Below, piece after piece: positions 41,250-49,991 of a stretch of DNA of 64,000 nt. The translations under genes and the position numbers were made by a program. Numbering within the stretch: position 1 is the stretch's first letter; every line of letters begins with the position of its first letter. The stretch is from an uncultured virus (IMG/VR IMGVR_UViG_3300049489_000987). Its lineage: Duplodnaviria > Heunggongvirae > Uroviricota > Caudoviricetes. A model generated the notes under the pieces. It was not told the origin of the DNA, made no database searches, and saw only the letters and a list, made by a program, of their open reading frames with translations. The stretch lies in the IMG/VR virus record IMGVR_UViG_3300049489_000987. One strand, given 5' to 3'.

Positions 41250-43186
41250 TGTTAACTAAAAATACAGATCCATTAAGTAATTTAAGAAGAGCTTCTCTTT
41301 ATTTATCTTCAAATATTATAACAGCTGCTACAGAAACCAATCTTTTAGCTCAGCCCGATCCAAGCAGTTGGTCAGGAGCTAATTTAACATTAACTCTTAA
41401 TGAGCCTGATCCATGGGCAACAACTACAGCAATAAAATGTACAGATAATAGTACAAATGGTATTCATGGAGTTGGATTAGCGCTTGGAGCTGAGTGCCAA
41501 ACGGAATCTGGTGTTTATGAATTGGAAATATGGACAAAATCAGGAACTGAAAGTACAATAGCAATTGTATTGTGTTTTAATGCTGGGCTTGGGCAATATA
41601 TGGTGAGTGCTACATTAAATGCAGCAACTGGAGCAATTTCACCATTACAAACAACAGGATATGTTTCAGGAACTGGATTAAAAGTAGGGCTATGGTATCA
41701 GTGGAAAATTAAGTTTTTTATGACATCGGGCTCAAATGGAACATTTAATTTTTATAATAAATCATCTATTGGATATGTTGGTACTGGGCAATATATTTGG
41801 GTTACAGCTCCTATTGTTAGAAAAATAGCAGCAGGAACATCTGTTTCTCCTAATAATTTACGACCATTATCTCAGTCAACTATTAGATATCAGCCAAATA
41901 TTGAAACAAGTATGTCTCCTACTCCTGGAAAAGTATTAAGTGCATTGCACTGTAATAATGGAACATATTTGTCTGGAACTAGCTTAGATGCTGATTTTGC
42001 AGCAAATGGAAATGCATTTTCTATTATTTGGAGTGGATATTTATCATCTTTAACTAATTTAACAGGATCTATTGTATTATTATCGGCTAATGATGCTGGT
42101 TCTAATAAACTTGAATTTGGTTTTACAGATTCAAGTGGACCTAAACCATACTGTACTCAAGTTGCATCTGGAACAATAACCACAGTTGGGACATTTGCAG
42201 TTTCAAATGTATTTCATTGTATTGCTTTGGTTTGTAATGGTACTACTGCCCAATGGTATCAAGATGGAGTTGCAATTGGTAGTCCAGTTGCTTTTGCGCT
42301 CGGATCATTTACACCAACATCTGTAAAAGTTGGATGTGTTTCTGGTATTTGGTCTGTTAATACTGGAGATATTGTAACTTTTAAATCAGCCTTATCTTCT
42401 ACAGAAGTATTACATGCAAGTCAGCAGCTTATGGAAGAAAAGGGGCTTACTTGTGAGCCTTGGGAAGTTATATTGACTGGCGGACAATCAAATAATGTTG
42501 GACAACTTAGTGTACAACAATTATTGACACTTGGATTAGTAAGTGATACATATTGTGGAGTTCCTGTATTTCGTAGGGATGAAAATGCATTACCATCAGG
42601 TTCTAATTATACAGTGTCTGATGGATTTAAAATTTTAGCAAATTCTCCTCCAATTACTTCTCAACAAGGAAATTTAGGACCTGAATATAGATTGGCTCGT
42701 GAATTATCTTTACGTGGTCGTAAAGTAGCTATAATAAAATTCTCTATGAATGGAGCAGCCATCCAAACATTTGTTCCTGGTGGCGGTCAAAATGCAGCTA
42801 TGCTTGCTCATTATCAATTAGGTTTATCTAAATTACCACGATATAGAATTATAGCATTTTTATGGGCTCAAGGCGAAGCAGATACAGGTTATCCAGAACA
42901 AGCAGCAGCATTTGAAGGGCACTTAACGGAGCTTATAAATGATATTAGAACTAATGTGCCTGCGCCAAATGTCCCAATTATTATACATAAAATGAGTAAT
43001 AATCAAACTGCTATGATTTATAGAAATGAGTTAAATGTTGCAATTGATGCCTTTGTTGCTTCAGATGCAAATGCATATGCAACAAATACTAATGATATAT
43101 CAATAAATTCTGATTTTACTCATTTTGATACACGAGGACAATGGGAGCTTGGACGTAGAGATTTTGAAATAATAGCAAATTTATAG
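41249..43186 (+). CDS. LamG-like domain plus SGNH (sialate O-acetylesterase-like) protein, probable tailspike
   Basis: FHCIALV...WYQDGV; GQSN, GPE, WAQGEAD, DFTH. Confidence 0.75.
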   Translation: MLTKNTDPLSNLRRASLYLSSNIITAATETNLLAQPDPSSWSGANLTLTLNEPDPWATTTAIKCTDNSTNGIHGVGLALGAECQTESGVYELEIWTKSGTESTIAIVLCFNAGLGQYMVSATLNAATGAISPLQTTGYVSGTGLKVGLWYQWKIKFFMTSGSNGTFNFYNKSSIGYVGTGQYIWVTAPIVRKIAAGTSVSPNNLRPLSQSTIRYQPNIETSMSPTPGKVLSALHCNNGTYLSGTSLDADFAANGNAFSIIWSGYLSSLTNLTGSIVLLSANDAGSNKLEFGFTDSSGPKPYCTQVASGTITTVGTFAVSNVFHCIALVCNGTTAQWYQDGVAIGSPVAFALGSFTPTSVKVGCVSGIWSVNTGDIVTFKSALSSTEVLHASQQLMEEKGLTCEPWEVILTGGQSNNVGQLSVQQLLTLGLVSDTYCGVPVFRRDENALPSGSNYTVSDGFKILANSPPITSQQGNLGPEYRLARELSLRGRKVAIIKFSMNGAAIQTFVPGGGQNAAMLAHYQLGLSKLPRYRIIAFLWAQGEADTGYPEQAAAFEGHLTELINDIRTNVPAPNVPIIIHKMSNNQTAMIYRNELNVAIDAFVASDANAYATNTNDISINSDFTHFDTRGQWELGRRDFEIIANL

Positions 43187-43225
43187 ATAAAAATAAATTC
43201 ACATTGGAAAAATTATGGCAGATGT
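43187..43225 (+). repeat. 39-nt leader/start repeat, copy 2
   Basis: 34/39 identical to 40685..40723. Confidence 0.8.
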
Positions 43226-43286
43226 GCATTATACAAGCGATGGTGTATTAGAAGTAGGTCGAAGAATAGCCGCTGCGATGCAGTAA
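43215..43286 (+). pseudogene. chimeric scar ORF MADVHYTSDGVLEVGRRIAAAMQ*
   Basis: First residues equal the start of the 40713 gene (MADV); the rest resembles the SGNH C-terminus (HFDTRGQWELGRR). Confidence 0.65.
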
Positions 43287-43307
43287 TCGCCACGCTAACG
43301 ATAGATC

Positions 43308-43351
43308 AAGAGCCAGTTGACCTAAGATACATTCAAGGTCAACTGGCTCTT
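43308..43351. terminator. hairpin between convergent gene blocks
   Basis: aagagccagttgacct / aggtcaactggctctt perfect 16-bp inverted repeat. Confidence 0.7.
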
Positions 43352-43363
43352 AGCATGTCAATA

Positions 43364-44002
43364 TTAAATTTTCTTGAAATATTTATTAAAAATTACTTCA
43401 GCTAGTTTGGAAGTTTCTTGTAAAGCAAAATTTCTTGCTTTAAGTTTATCTTCATTAGAAGCCCACATCTTTTCATCTTTATTAGGATTAGTATATTTAG
43501 GTACAGAAAATAATGTACCAGGATTTATAATAGAACCATCTTTAGAAGCTTGAAAATGAACATGTGGATATGTTCCTTTTGCATTACCAGAATCACCAAC
43601 AGTACCAATAATATCATCTACAGATACATTTTGGTTTTTCTTAACATTAATAGTACCTAAATGTCCATAAAAGCTTTTAAGATTACCATGAGAGATAGAT
43701 ACAAAGTTACCACTATGAGAATTAGAGCCTACATCAGTAACTAATCCATCAGTAATAGGATAAACAGCAGTTCCGCCAGCAGCTCTTAAATCAACACCTT
43801 GATGTCCTGACAAATGTCTATGATCTGTTGCTTTATTAGGGCTAAAGTCACCTGAATTAAAGTATTGTGTTCTTATTGGTGGTTTAAATTCAGTTGGTGT
43901 TTTAGAAACACTTAAAGGAGACTTAGGTTTTATACCTAACTCTCCCTCAAGTTCACTATAAAGGTCTGTAAATGATTTCTCTAGGTCAGCTTCAAAACTC
44001 AT
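43364..44002 (-). CDS. M23-family metallopeptidase
   Basis: HQGVDL (HxxxD), YGHL, VGDSGNA...PHVHF; start placed at MSFEAD (track starts at 44035). Confidence 0.85.
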   Translation of the reverse strand: MSFEADLEKSFTDLYSELEGELGIKPKSPLSVSKTPTEFKPPIRTQYFNSGDFSPNKATDHRHLSGHQGVDLRAAGGTAVYPITDGLVTDVGSNSHSGNFVSISHGNLKSFYGHLGTINVKKNQNVSVDDIIGTVGDSGNAKGTYPHVHFQASKDGSIINPGTLFSVPKYTNPNKDEKMWASNEDKLKARNFALQETSKLAEVIFNKYFKKI

Positions 44003-44006
44003 ATAC

Positions 44007-44465
44007 CTATGCTGAATAAACGCATATTGATACACCAGAAGGAATACAATGTTTCTCTAATACAGAAACAATATTAGGAACTAAAGCTACTACACTTGAG
44101 TCAACGTGAACAGAAGCGCTTTCAAAAGCAGCTTGTTTAGCAATTTCTTTTGCGCATTTGTCTAGAGCAGTTTCGTCTATAGTTTTGTTAAAACATAAGG
44201 TATGACAAATCCAAACATTACTTTGAACTGGAGTCATTTTAACATTACCTAGTCTATAGCTAATGTCTCTAAGAGCATACCATGATTTAATTTCTGCTCG
44301 AATTTTTGCCCATTTTTTATCAAACACAGATAATTGGGGGTCAACCAATTCTCCATTGATATCAGATAGAGATACAATAATATTTAAACCACTCATTTGA
44401 GGAAGTAAAATACTACCAGTTATTTTTTTTACAGAGCCAGTTTTTGTAAATTGATTTTGTTTCAT
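44007..44465 (-). CDS. macro-domain-like protein (divergent)
   Basis: GSILLP...IIV, KKW, LGNV, ALDKC...ASVH pattern. Confidence 0.4.
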   Translation of the reverse strand: MKQNQFTKTGSVKKITGSILLPQMSGLNIIVSLSDINGELVDPQLSVFDKKWAKIRAEIKSWYALRDISYRLGNVKMTPVQSNVWICHTLCFNKTIDETALDKCAKEIAKQAAFESASVHVDSSVVALVPNIVSVLEKHCIPSGVSICVYSA

Positions 44466-45121
44466 TAAAGTTCCAGTAATTTTTGAATGTTTTGTAAATG
44501 ATCTTGGTAGATCTTTTCTTGTTCGTTGTTAGATATAACGCCTTGATTGACAACAACAGGGAAGATTTTTGTTAAATCAAATTGATATGGAGTTAATCCT
44601 GCTAGTTTTCCTGTTTTTAAATTTTCTTCTCTATCATCAATATAAACACACTTATAAAATCTAGGGTTAAAGTCAATGAAAGAAGAAAAATATAGTTTAG
44701 AAGGTTTAATTGCACCGACTTCACAAGAAATATGTTTTACACATCTAGAATAAAAATTATATGGTGATAATAAATTCTCTATTAGACTCATATGGTCTTT
44801 ACCCATATTGGATACTAAAGCAATTTTAACACCTTTATTTTGTAAATCAGACATGAACTTTATAGTTGGTTCATGAGGATAGATAACTTTGTTCCAAGAC
44901 AATTCTAATGTATCTAATACATAACTAGATTTTATTTTAAAAAAGTCTTGAACAGCGTCTCTAAATGATAATATGCCTAAATCAAATAGATGTTGAGATT
45001 TTCTTAAGAATAAATCAATTTCTTCATCACTTGCATTAATACTTAATTGTAGTGATGTTTGAATTGGTTTAAAGTCAACGAAAGTTAAAACGTTACCAAT
45101 GTCTAATGCTAGGTTCTTCAT
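44465..45121 (-). CDS. HAD-superfamily hydrolase
   Basis: DIGNV, VSN, KP, YIDDREEN. Confidence 0.8.
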   Translation of the reverse strand: MKNLALDIGNVLTFVDFKPIQTSLQLSINASDEEIDLFLRKSQHLFDLGILSFRDAVQDFFKIKSSYVLDTLELSWNKVIYPHEPTIKFMSDLQNKGVKIALVSNMGKDHMSLIENLLSPYNFYSRCVKHISCEVGAIKPSKLYFSSFIDFNPRFYKCVYIDDREENLKTGKLAGLTPYQFDLTKIFPVVVNQGVISNNEQEKIYQDHLQNIQKLLEL

Positions 45122-46017
45122 AAATACTCATGTAAATATTTTATATCTTTTTCTATAAAAACTTCTGGTAGTTCTAAATCAGATAGATTTAATTTATCTT
45201 TAATATAAATTCTTTTTCCAGTATAGTAATAATCGCTTAGGTATGTGTTAGAGATGCTGCTCATATCACTTATATCCATGCAAATGTGAGGATACTTGCC
45301 ATTATAATAGCAATCTGCTAATAGATGTGAGCAGGACTCTGTAATTATATATTTAGCATTCTTAATATTATGATAATAATCTTCTGAGTCATAAGACTTA
45401 TGATTCATTGTAAAGTTTTTATCATAATAAATAACTAAATCATTTGATTTTATATTTGATAGTATTTTTCTATAGTCATAAACTAAAACAACATGATCAT
45501 GGGCACAGACTTTCGATGTTTTACCTAATTTAAAATAAGGTCTAATCCAAGTTACATTATCTTTTAATTGTAACCCAAGATCTCCGAAATGAGAATATAC
45601 AAATACTCTATCAGCATTTTTAAGTATTTCAGGATAACCACTTCTATATATAGAACTTACATGTTTTTTTAATTTGGCTTTTCTTTGATATTCTGTAGTT
45701 ATAGCATAATGAAAGAACTTATTTATTATTTGATAAACAGGACATGTAAAATATGTAGCTAAAAATGAAGTAACAGGTTCGCAATCCGTTATTATTAATT
45801 CAGGATTAAATCTTTTAACTTCATTATAGTAATTAGATAATTTATCAAAAAATAAAAAAGAATTAGGATTAACGAAAGCATTAATATTAATATCTACCTT
45901 ATCACAATAGCCATAATAACCAGCAGTTTTAACTGTATGGTTACTAAGAAAAGGCAGGCTTCTTTTTAATAAATGCTTTGATTCTGTTGTTTTATTTATT
46001 GCAAATAATATCCGCAT
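45118..46017 (-). CDS. divergent GT-B glycosyltransferase-like protein (MJ1255-like)
   Basis: FNPELIITDCEP; LLADCYYNGK. Confidence 0.5.
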   Translation of the reverse strand: MRILFAINKTTESKHLLKRSLPFLSNHTVKTAGYYGYCDKVDININAFVNPNSFLFFDKLSNYYNEVKRFNPELIITDCEPVTSFLATYFTCPVYQIINKFFHYAITTEYQRKAKLKKHVSSIYRSGYPEILKNADRVFVYSHFGDLGLQLKDNVTWIRPYFKLGKTSKVCAHDHVVLVYDYRKILSNIKSNDLVIYYDKNFTMNHKSYDSEDYYHNIKNAKYIITESCSHLLADCYYNGKYPHICMDISDMSSISNTYLSDYYYTGKRIYIKDKLNLSDLELPEVFIEKDIKYLHEYL

Positions 46018-46579
46018 ACTTCTTCATTTGTTCTTCTTGCTTGTCAAATAATAATTTATTTACTCTAGTATCATCAGCAGCAGAATGTGCTTTTTCAATT
46101 TTAATACCAAATTCTTTAGCTAATGAAACTTGAGAATATGAGTCTCTTTTAGTATTAGATATTTTGTCAATGAATCTAGCTTGCTGAAGAGTGTCTAGAA
46201 TTTTCCTTCCAAAAGGAAAAGTTTCTGAAGAATTACATTTGGACCATAGAAATTTCATAAAATATTGATCAAATGAAATATTATGACCAATTAAAAATCT
46301 ATCTTCAGAAGTAAGATTATCTTCAGCTAGCCAATTTTCAATTTCAATAATAACATCTGAGGGTTTTCTGTAATTTAAACCATATTTTGTTTCATGTTTT
46401 AAATCTTCTAATTTATGACCATTAACTTTTAAGGCATCCAATTGAATTGAATCAAAATTTATAGGCTGAATTAGCCATGTTTTTTGTTCATTTGATTCAG
46501 CTCGTAAAAAGCTTATTTCAATGATATCGTTTTTAAAGCAATCAAGCCCAGTAGTTTCTGTGTCACAGTGATAATGCAT
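45992..46579 (-). CDS. DEDDh 3'-5' exonuclease (DnaQ-like)
   Basis: DTETTG, GHNISFD, LDT, HSAADD. Confidence 0.88.
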   Translation of the reverse strand: MHYHCDTETTGLDCFKNDIIEISFLRAESNEQKTWLIQPINFDSIQLDALKVNGHKLEDLKHETKYGLNYRKPSDVIIEIENWLAEDNLTSEDRFLIGHNISFDQYFMKFLWSKCNSSETFPFGRKILDTLQQARFIDKISNTKRDSYSQVSLAKEFGIKIEKAHSAADDTRVNKLLFDKQEEQMKKYADIICNK

Positions 46580-46914
46580 TAAACAAATTCCTTAAGTTTT
46601 GTTTTTAATGAATTGACAGATGTACAGCCTTCTTTATAAAACTTCAACATCTTTTGCAATCCATCAACAGTTCTGAGGTAAGCCTTGATCTTCTCCGAGA
46701 ACTTTGACTCTTCAAAGGTAGCAACTGTTTTGCCATCGCGCAAGACATTCCAGTGCTCATTCTTACCCGACCCCTTCCTTTTGATTTCTATTGCAGGAAA
46801 TCCAATGTCATCTTCTTCATGGTACAAATCATATTCATATCTATTTTGAATGGGTTTAAATGCTTCTTTAGGAACTTCATCAGAATAAGGTTTTGATGTC
46901 ATATTATTTCTCAT
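46579..46914 (-). CDS. hypothetical protein
   Basis: 111 aa, coupled to neighbours. Confidence 0.55.
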   Translation of the reverse strand: MRNNMTSKPYSDEVPKEAFKPIQNRYEYDLYHEEDDIGFPAIEIKRKGSGKNEHWNVLRDGKTVATFEESKFSEKIKAYLRTVDGLQKMLKFYKEGCTSVNSLKTKLKEFV

Positions 46915-48113
46915 TTGATTATATCAGCTATTGCTGCTCCTGTTATCATTGAAGCTAATAAGCCATTAACCCCAATTGACTCCCCTATAACATAACAATC
47001 TTTACAGGTTGTTTCAAAATTATTTAATTTAACTTTTGATGAAAATATATTTAATGCTGGAAAATAAAAATTAGCTTTAGTTAATAATTCTGGTATGAAT
47101 GTAATTTGTGGTAATTCTTTTGCAAACTCAACATACTCTTTCATTATTGAAACTTTTGATTTACCACTTAATAATGTACTTATCTTCTCTCTACAAACTC
47201 TATTATTTCCTACTATAAATGTTAATTCTCCTAAACGATCTAATTCCTCTACCCCTCGTTTATCTATCTTTACATGTTTTGATATTGAGAATGATAATTT
47301 ATCAGACTTCCACCTATTTTCATTTGATCTAAATGCTGCATTGGCAAAATTGATATGATCTTCAGGAATTACAGTGCCATTAAAATTAAAAGGACCAATT
47401 TCTAAATCTCCTTTAACTAAAGAGCAAGCAGACTTATTAAGTTCTTTAAATACATTGGCATTCATTTCAGCTTTAATACCAATAGTAGAATCGGTATTAT
47501 CATATTCAATATTTAAATTATCATAGAAAGAAGTTATGGCTCTCCAACCTGATCTACCTAAAGCAAGAATAAGTTTTTTAGCTACTATAGTTTCGCCATC
47601 AGCAGTAATGATATGGAAGTCATCAGGTTTAGAGATATTTTCTACAAATGTATCAAAATAAAATTGATAACCTTTATCATCATATTGACTTACAATATAT
47701 TTAGACAAAGCATGAGCTTCTTTAGGATAAGTTTGAATATAGTCATTTAATTCAACTTTAAATCCTGCTTCATTAACTTTTTTAGTAAGAGAAGCTGAAG
47801 GACCTTTATCTTTAGTAATAGAAGCATTAAAGCCTGATGAATCTTTAAATTGTTGTAAAGTCCAATCATAATATTGTTTAATTTTAGTTGCTTCTAAGTA
47901 AGGAGAAAGAGCTCTTAGATTATTAGTATATAATTTACCATCAGAATTAGGTAAACAGCCAAGCCATCCTTCTAATTGATGCCTTCGTTTTGATGGTGGT
48001 CTACCTGCTTCAATTACAGCAATTTTTAATTTAGAATTATTTTGAGCAAATTTTAGAACAGCTAATGAGCCTGCAACACCAGCACCAACAATACAAATAT
48101 CATAAGTAGTCAT
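46911..48113 (-). CDS. FAD/NAD(P)-binding oxidoreductase
   Basis: IVGAGVAG, SDGKL, LALGRSG, YVIGE...GLLASMITG. Confidence 0.75.
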   Translation of the reverse strand: MTTYDICIVGAGVAGSLAVLKFAQNNSKLKIAVIEAGRPPSKRRHQLEGWLGCLPNSDGKLYTNNLRALSPYLEATKIKQYYDWTLQQFKDSSGFNASITKDKGPSASLTKKVNEAGFKVELNDYIQTYPKEAHALSKYIVSQYDDKGYQFYFDTFVENISKPDDFHIITADGETIVAKKLILALGRSGWRAITSFYDNLNIEYDNTDSTIGIKAEMNANVFKELNKSACSLVKGDLEIGPFNFNGTVIPEDHINFANAAFRSNENRWKSDKLSFSISKHVKIDKRGVEELDRLGELTFIVGNNRVCREKISTLLSGKSKVSIMKEYVEFAKELPQITFIPELLTKANFYFPALNIFSSKVKLNNFETTCKDCYVIGESIGVNGLLASMITGAAIADIIK

Positions 48114-48155
48114 TAAGAATCTCCTAATGAGTACTTATATCGGCTATTATAAAAA

Positions 48156-48551
48156 TTAATATGAAATCATTTCAATTTCAGTAGGTTTCCCTGAATCTGA
48201 ATTGATAAACTCTTGTACAGCCTCTTTATTTAGCTTAGCAATATCAGAAGCAATATTTCTTTTTGTTTCAGTTAATTTGGCTACAGCGCCTAAGTCAGTT
48301 AATCTAAAATTAGGTTTAAAAGAAATTGATTCAATTATTCCAGGTAATTTATAATTTAATTTAGCAACAACTTTAAATGTATCAGGAGCAGTCGCTAACA
48401 TAGTATCAGTTAAAGATGCTTGTAATGCTCTAGCATGTTTAGATATGATATCTCTGATATCACCTTCTATTTGATTAGAACTCATTTGTTGAGCTAATTT
48501 AAATAAATTATCAGAAAGTTTATTAATTTGCGCTATTTTTAGTTTGAGCAT
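48156..48551 (-). CDS. hypothetical protein
   Basis: 131-aa ORF. Confidence 0.55.
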   Translation of the reverse strand: MLKLKIAQINKLSDNLFKLAQQMSSNQIEGDIRDIISKHARALQASLTDTMLATAPDTFKVVAKLNYKLPGIIESISFKPNFRLTDLGAVAKLTETKRNIASDIAKLNKEAVQEFINSDSGKPTEIEMISY

Positions 48552-48626
48552 GACAAGAAGATATGTAAATATTCCTAGTCGCTACTAAAGATTAAGCATC
48601 TAATTAGCTAATAAAGAGTTCTTAAT

Positions 48627-49991
48627 ATGACTTATTATCCTAATGGTTTAGATGATTATACTTCTCTTCCACCAGCAACAGGTGGTGGTGGCGGAGGTGG
48701 GGCAACAGGAGCCACAGGACCTACAGGTCCCACAGGTCCAATTGGACCCCAGGGAATTCCCGGTGGTCCAGGAGCCACAGGTCCCTCAGGACCCACAGGT
48801 CCAATAGGTCCAACAGGACAAATAGGTCCAACAGGAAACCAAGGTCCATCAGGACCAGCTGGTCCTACAGGTCCAACTGGTGAAACAGGAGAAACTGGTC
48901 CACAAGGAGAAACTGGACCTCAAGGAATTCAAGGTGATACTGGAATGCAAGGTATTGCTGGACCTTCAGGACCGTCAGGACCCGCAGGCGCCACAGGTCC
49001 ATCAGGACCAACAGGACCGCAAGGAATTCAAGGAGATACAGGTTTGCAAGGTCCACCAGGACCACAAGGATCAATTGGACCAGAAGGACCAATTGGACCT
49101 ACAGGACCAACAGGACCACAAGGTATTCCTGGAGTTGGTTCTACTATAAGATTAGATGAAGTATTACTTAATGGAAATTATACTGGTGCAACTAATTTGG
49201 TTGTTTCTACTGGCGCAAAAGTAGTTGGCTCAACTAATTTAGTAATAGAAGCAGCTGATACTGCTGTAGATGGATATTATACAACTATTTCTGCTGGTGA
49301 TGGTGGTTCTGGCACAGGTGGAGATTTAAATCTTTATTCAGGAGCTGGTGCAACTAAGGGTAAAGTTAATTTATATACTGGAGCAACTAAAGTAGTTGAA
49401 TTATCAGATACATTAGCTAAATTTAATACAGACGGTTATTTTCCTAATATTCATATTACAAATAAATTAACTGTAGATGGAATAATTGATCCTACAGGAA
49501 TGGTATTTGATGATCAGGCAACTGTTCCTTCTGGAAATCCTGCTTCAGGCAAAGCTACATTATGGTATAGGACAGATGATAAATTAGTAATAACTAATTC
49601 AGCAGGAGTTAGTACTGTATTAACTGGTGGTGATGGTTATGAAACTAGAGTATATGGAGCTGTAACTACTACTAATGGAAATACTACGATATTATCTACA
49701 AATACAGTAACAAGTACAAATAAAGTATATAACATTTTAGCAAGAGTAAATGGAAGAAGTTCAGCTGGTGTAGCAGCATCTTTTGTAATCACTGGTGCAT
49801 TTAAACGAGATTCTGGAAATGTAAGTCAAGTTGGAATAACAGCAATCTTAGATAGTGAAAAAGAAGCTGGTTCAGCAGCTTGGCTAGCTGACTTTACAGT
49901 ATCATCAAATACAATAAGTATAACAGTAAATGGATCAGTTGGAGTAAATATAAATTGGGTTGCTGTTGGAACCCTTATTGAAGGTGGATAA
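48627..49991 (+). CDS. collagen-like fibre protein
   Basis: 48 uninterrupted Gly-X-Y triplets followed by Gly/Thr-rich beta repeats and a C-terminal beta domain. Confidence 0.85.
   Translation: MTYYPNGLDDYTSLPPATGGGGGGGATGATGPTGPTGPIGPQGIPGGPGATGPSGPTGPIGPTGQIGPTGNQGPSGPAGPTGPTGETGETGPQGETGPQGIQGDTGMQGIAGPSGPSGPAGATGPSGPTGPQGIQGDTGLQGPPGPQGSIGPEGPIGPTGPTGPQGIPGVGSTIRLDEVLLNGNYTGATNLVVSTGAKVVGSTNLVIEAADTAVDGYYTTISAGDGGSGTGGDLNLYSGAGATKGKVNLYTGATKVVELSDTLAKFNTDGYFPNIHITNKLTVDGIIDPTGMVFDDQATVPSGNPASGKATLWYRTDDKLVITNSAGVSTVLTGGDGYETRVYGAVTTTNGNTTILSTNTVTSTNKVYNILARVNGRSSAGVAASFVITGAFKRDSGNVSQVGITAILDSEKEAGSAAWLADFTVSSNTISITVNGSVGVNINWVAVGTLIEGG
48699..49130 (+). repeat. collagen Gly-X-Y repeat (48 triplets)
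   Basis: [18 protein letters not shown] ... GPQ GIP. Confidence 0.95.

Noticed and set aside
43184..43286. TAG readthrough extending the esterase into the scar peptide, or genome recoding
   Set aside because: The scar ORF is out of frame with the esterase; genes are full length in the standard code
48865..49149. Alternative-frame ORFs 48865..49092 (-) and 48880..49149 (+)
   Set aside because: Shadows of the periodic collagen codons
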